In this document: piece after piece, positions 63,652 through 64,000 of the stretch
How the letters are laid out: each line of letters opens with the position of its first letter
How positions within the stretch are numbered: the first letter of the stretch is position 1
Assembly (NCBI GenBank): GCA_038213805.1
Contig: JBBQSO010000002.1
Coordinates: forward strand, 64,001-128,000
Direction of reading: 5' to 3'
Length of the DNA stretch: 64,000 bases
Source of the DNA: Planctomycetota bacterium
Lineage (GTDB): Bacteria; Planctomycetota; UBA11346
Program-made: the position numbers and the translations under genes
The notes under the pieces: generated by a model
Seen by the model: only the letters and a program-made list of their open reading frames with translations
What the model was told of the DNA's origin: nothing
Databases searched by the model: none

Positions 63652-64000
63652 GCGGATTCCCCAGCGCTAAGCCGCGCGCCATCCCAGCGCACCACCAGAT
63701 CGGCAGTGCGCACGCGCGCCCACGCGAAATCCGCGACCAGATCGCGCGGACGGCAAGGCGCGGCCGTCGCCTGCAGCCCCGCGCACCACGCCAGAAAGCC
63801 GCACAGCGCCAGCGCATCATAGTGCGCACGCAGCGCTGGCACGCCGACCGCGCCGTGGAATTTCGCGTGCTTGCGGCCGCGCTCCTCGAGCAGCAGCAGG
63901 TGGTGCCGGTAGGTCGGCGTGGGCAGGCCCAGGATGCGCTGCAAGGCGACCTGGGTGGCGGTCGCGCTGGCGAGGTCGCGCCCGCGCACCACGCGCGTCA
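63648..64000 (-). CDS. gluQ: C-terminal part of glutamyl-Q tRNA(Asp) synthetase (5' end outside window)
   Basis: VVRGRDL, TQVALQRILGLPTPTYRH, KMSKS-equivalent GRKHAK, short C-terminus without anticodon domain. Confidence 0.8.
   Translation of the reverse strand, partial: TRVVRGRDLASATATQVALQRILGLPTPTYRHHLLLLEERGRKHAKFHGAVGVPALRAHYDALALCGFLAWCAGLQATAAPCRPRDLVADFAWARVRTADLVVRWDGARLSAGESA

Overview
High-GC bacterial chromosomal window, probably Planctomycetota or a related PVC lineage (inferred from a planctomycete-type cytochrome c domain and ThuA/sugar-dehydrogenase/CBM proteins). Gene order: trpE; a urea locus (porin, sigma-54 promoter, urtABCDE, ureD, fused ureAB, ureC, ureF, an inserted acyltransferase, His-rich ureG, no ureE); a heme-binding protein; an ABC exporter; a sugar ABC importer; HPP and CMD genes divergent from a Cys-rich GAF sigma-54 activator; a methyltransferase/glycosyltransferase block; a coupled four-gene cassette (TIGR04222-like membrane protein with a Cys/Ser/Gly tail, DUF692/MNIO enzyme, partner protein, small transporter); moeZ; MEKHLA; cytochrome c; rhomboid; ThuA proteins; a clan GH-A hydrolase; glyA with a ZMP/ZTP riboswitch; gnd; tspO; mnmG; LOG; an atypical adenylate kinase; xth; hisH; a short mnmE; partial gluQ. 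Two things stand out. First, the MNIO cassette, whose likely substrate is the Cys-rich tail of a membrane protein. Second, a pervasive set of 7- and 8-nt tandem arrays, often in inverted pairs at gene boundaries, some sharing a conserved junction and several inside coding sequence (ureAB linker, MEKHLA and mnmG C-termini). No rRNA, tRNA, CRISPR array or transposase was recognised. All calls are by motif recognition without database searches.
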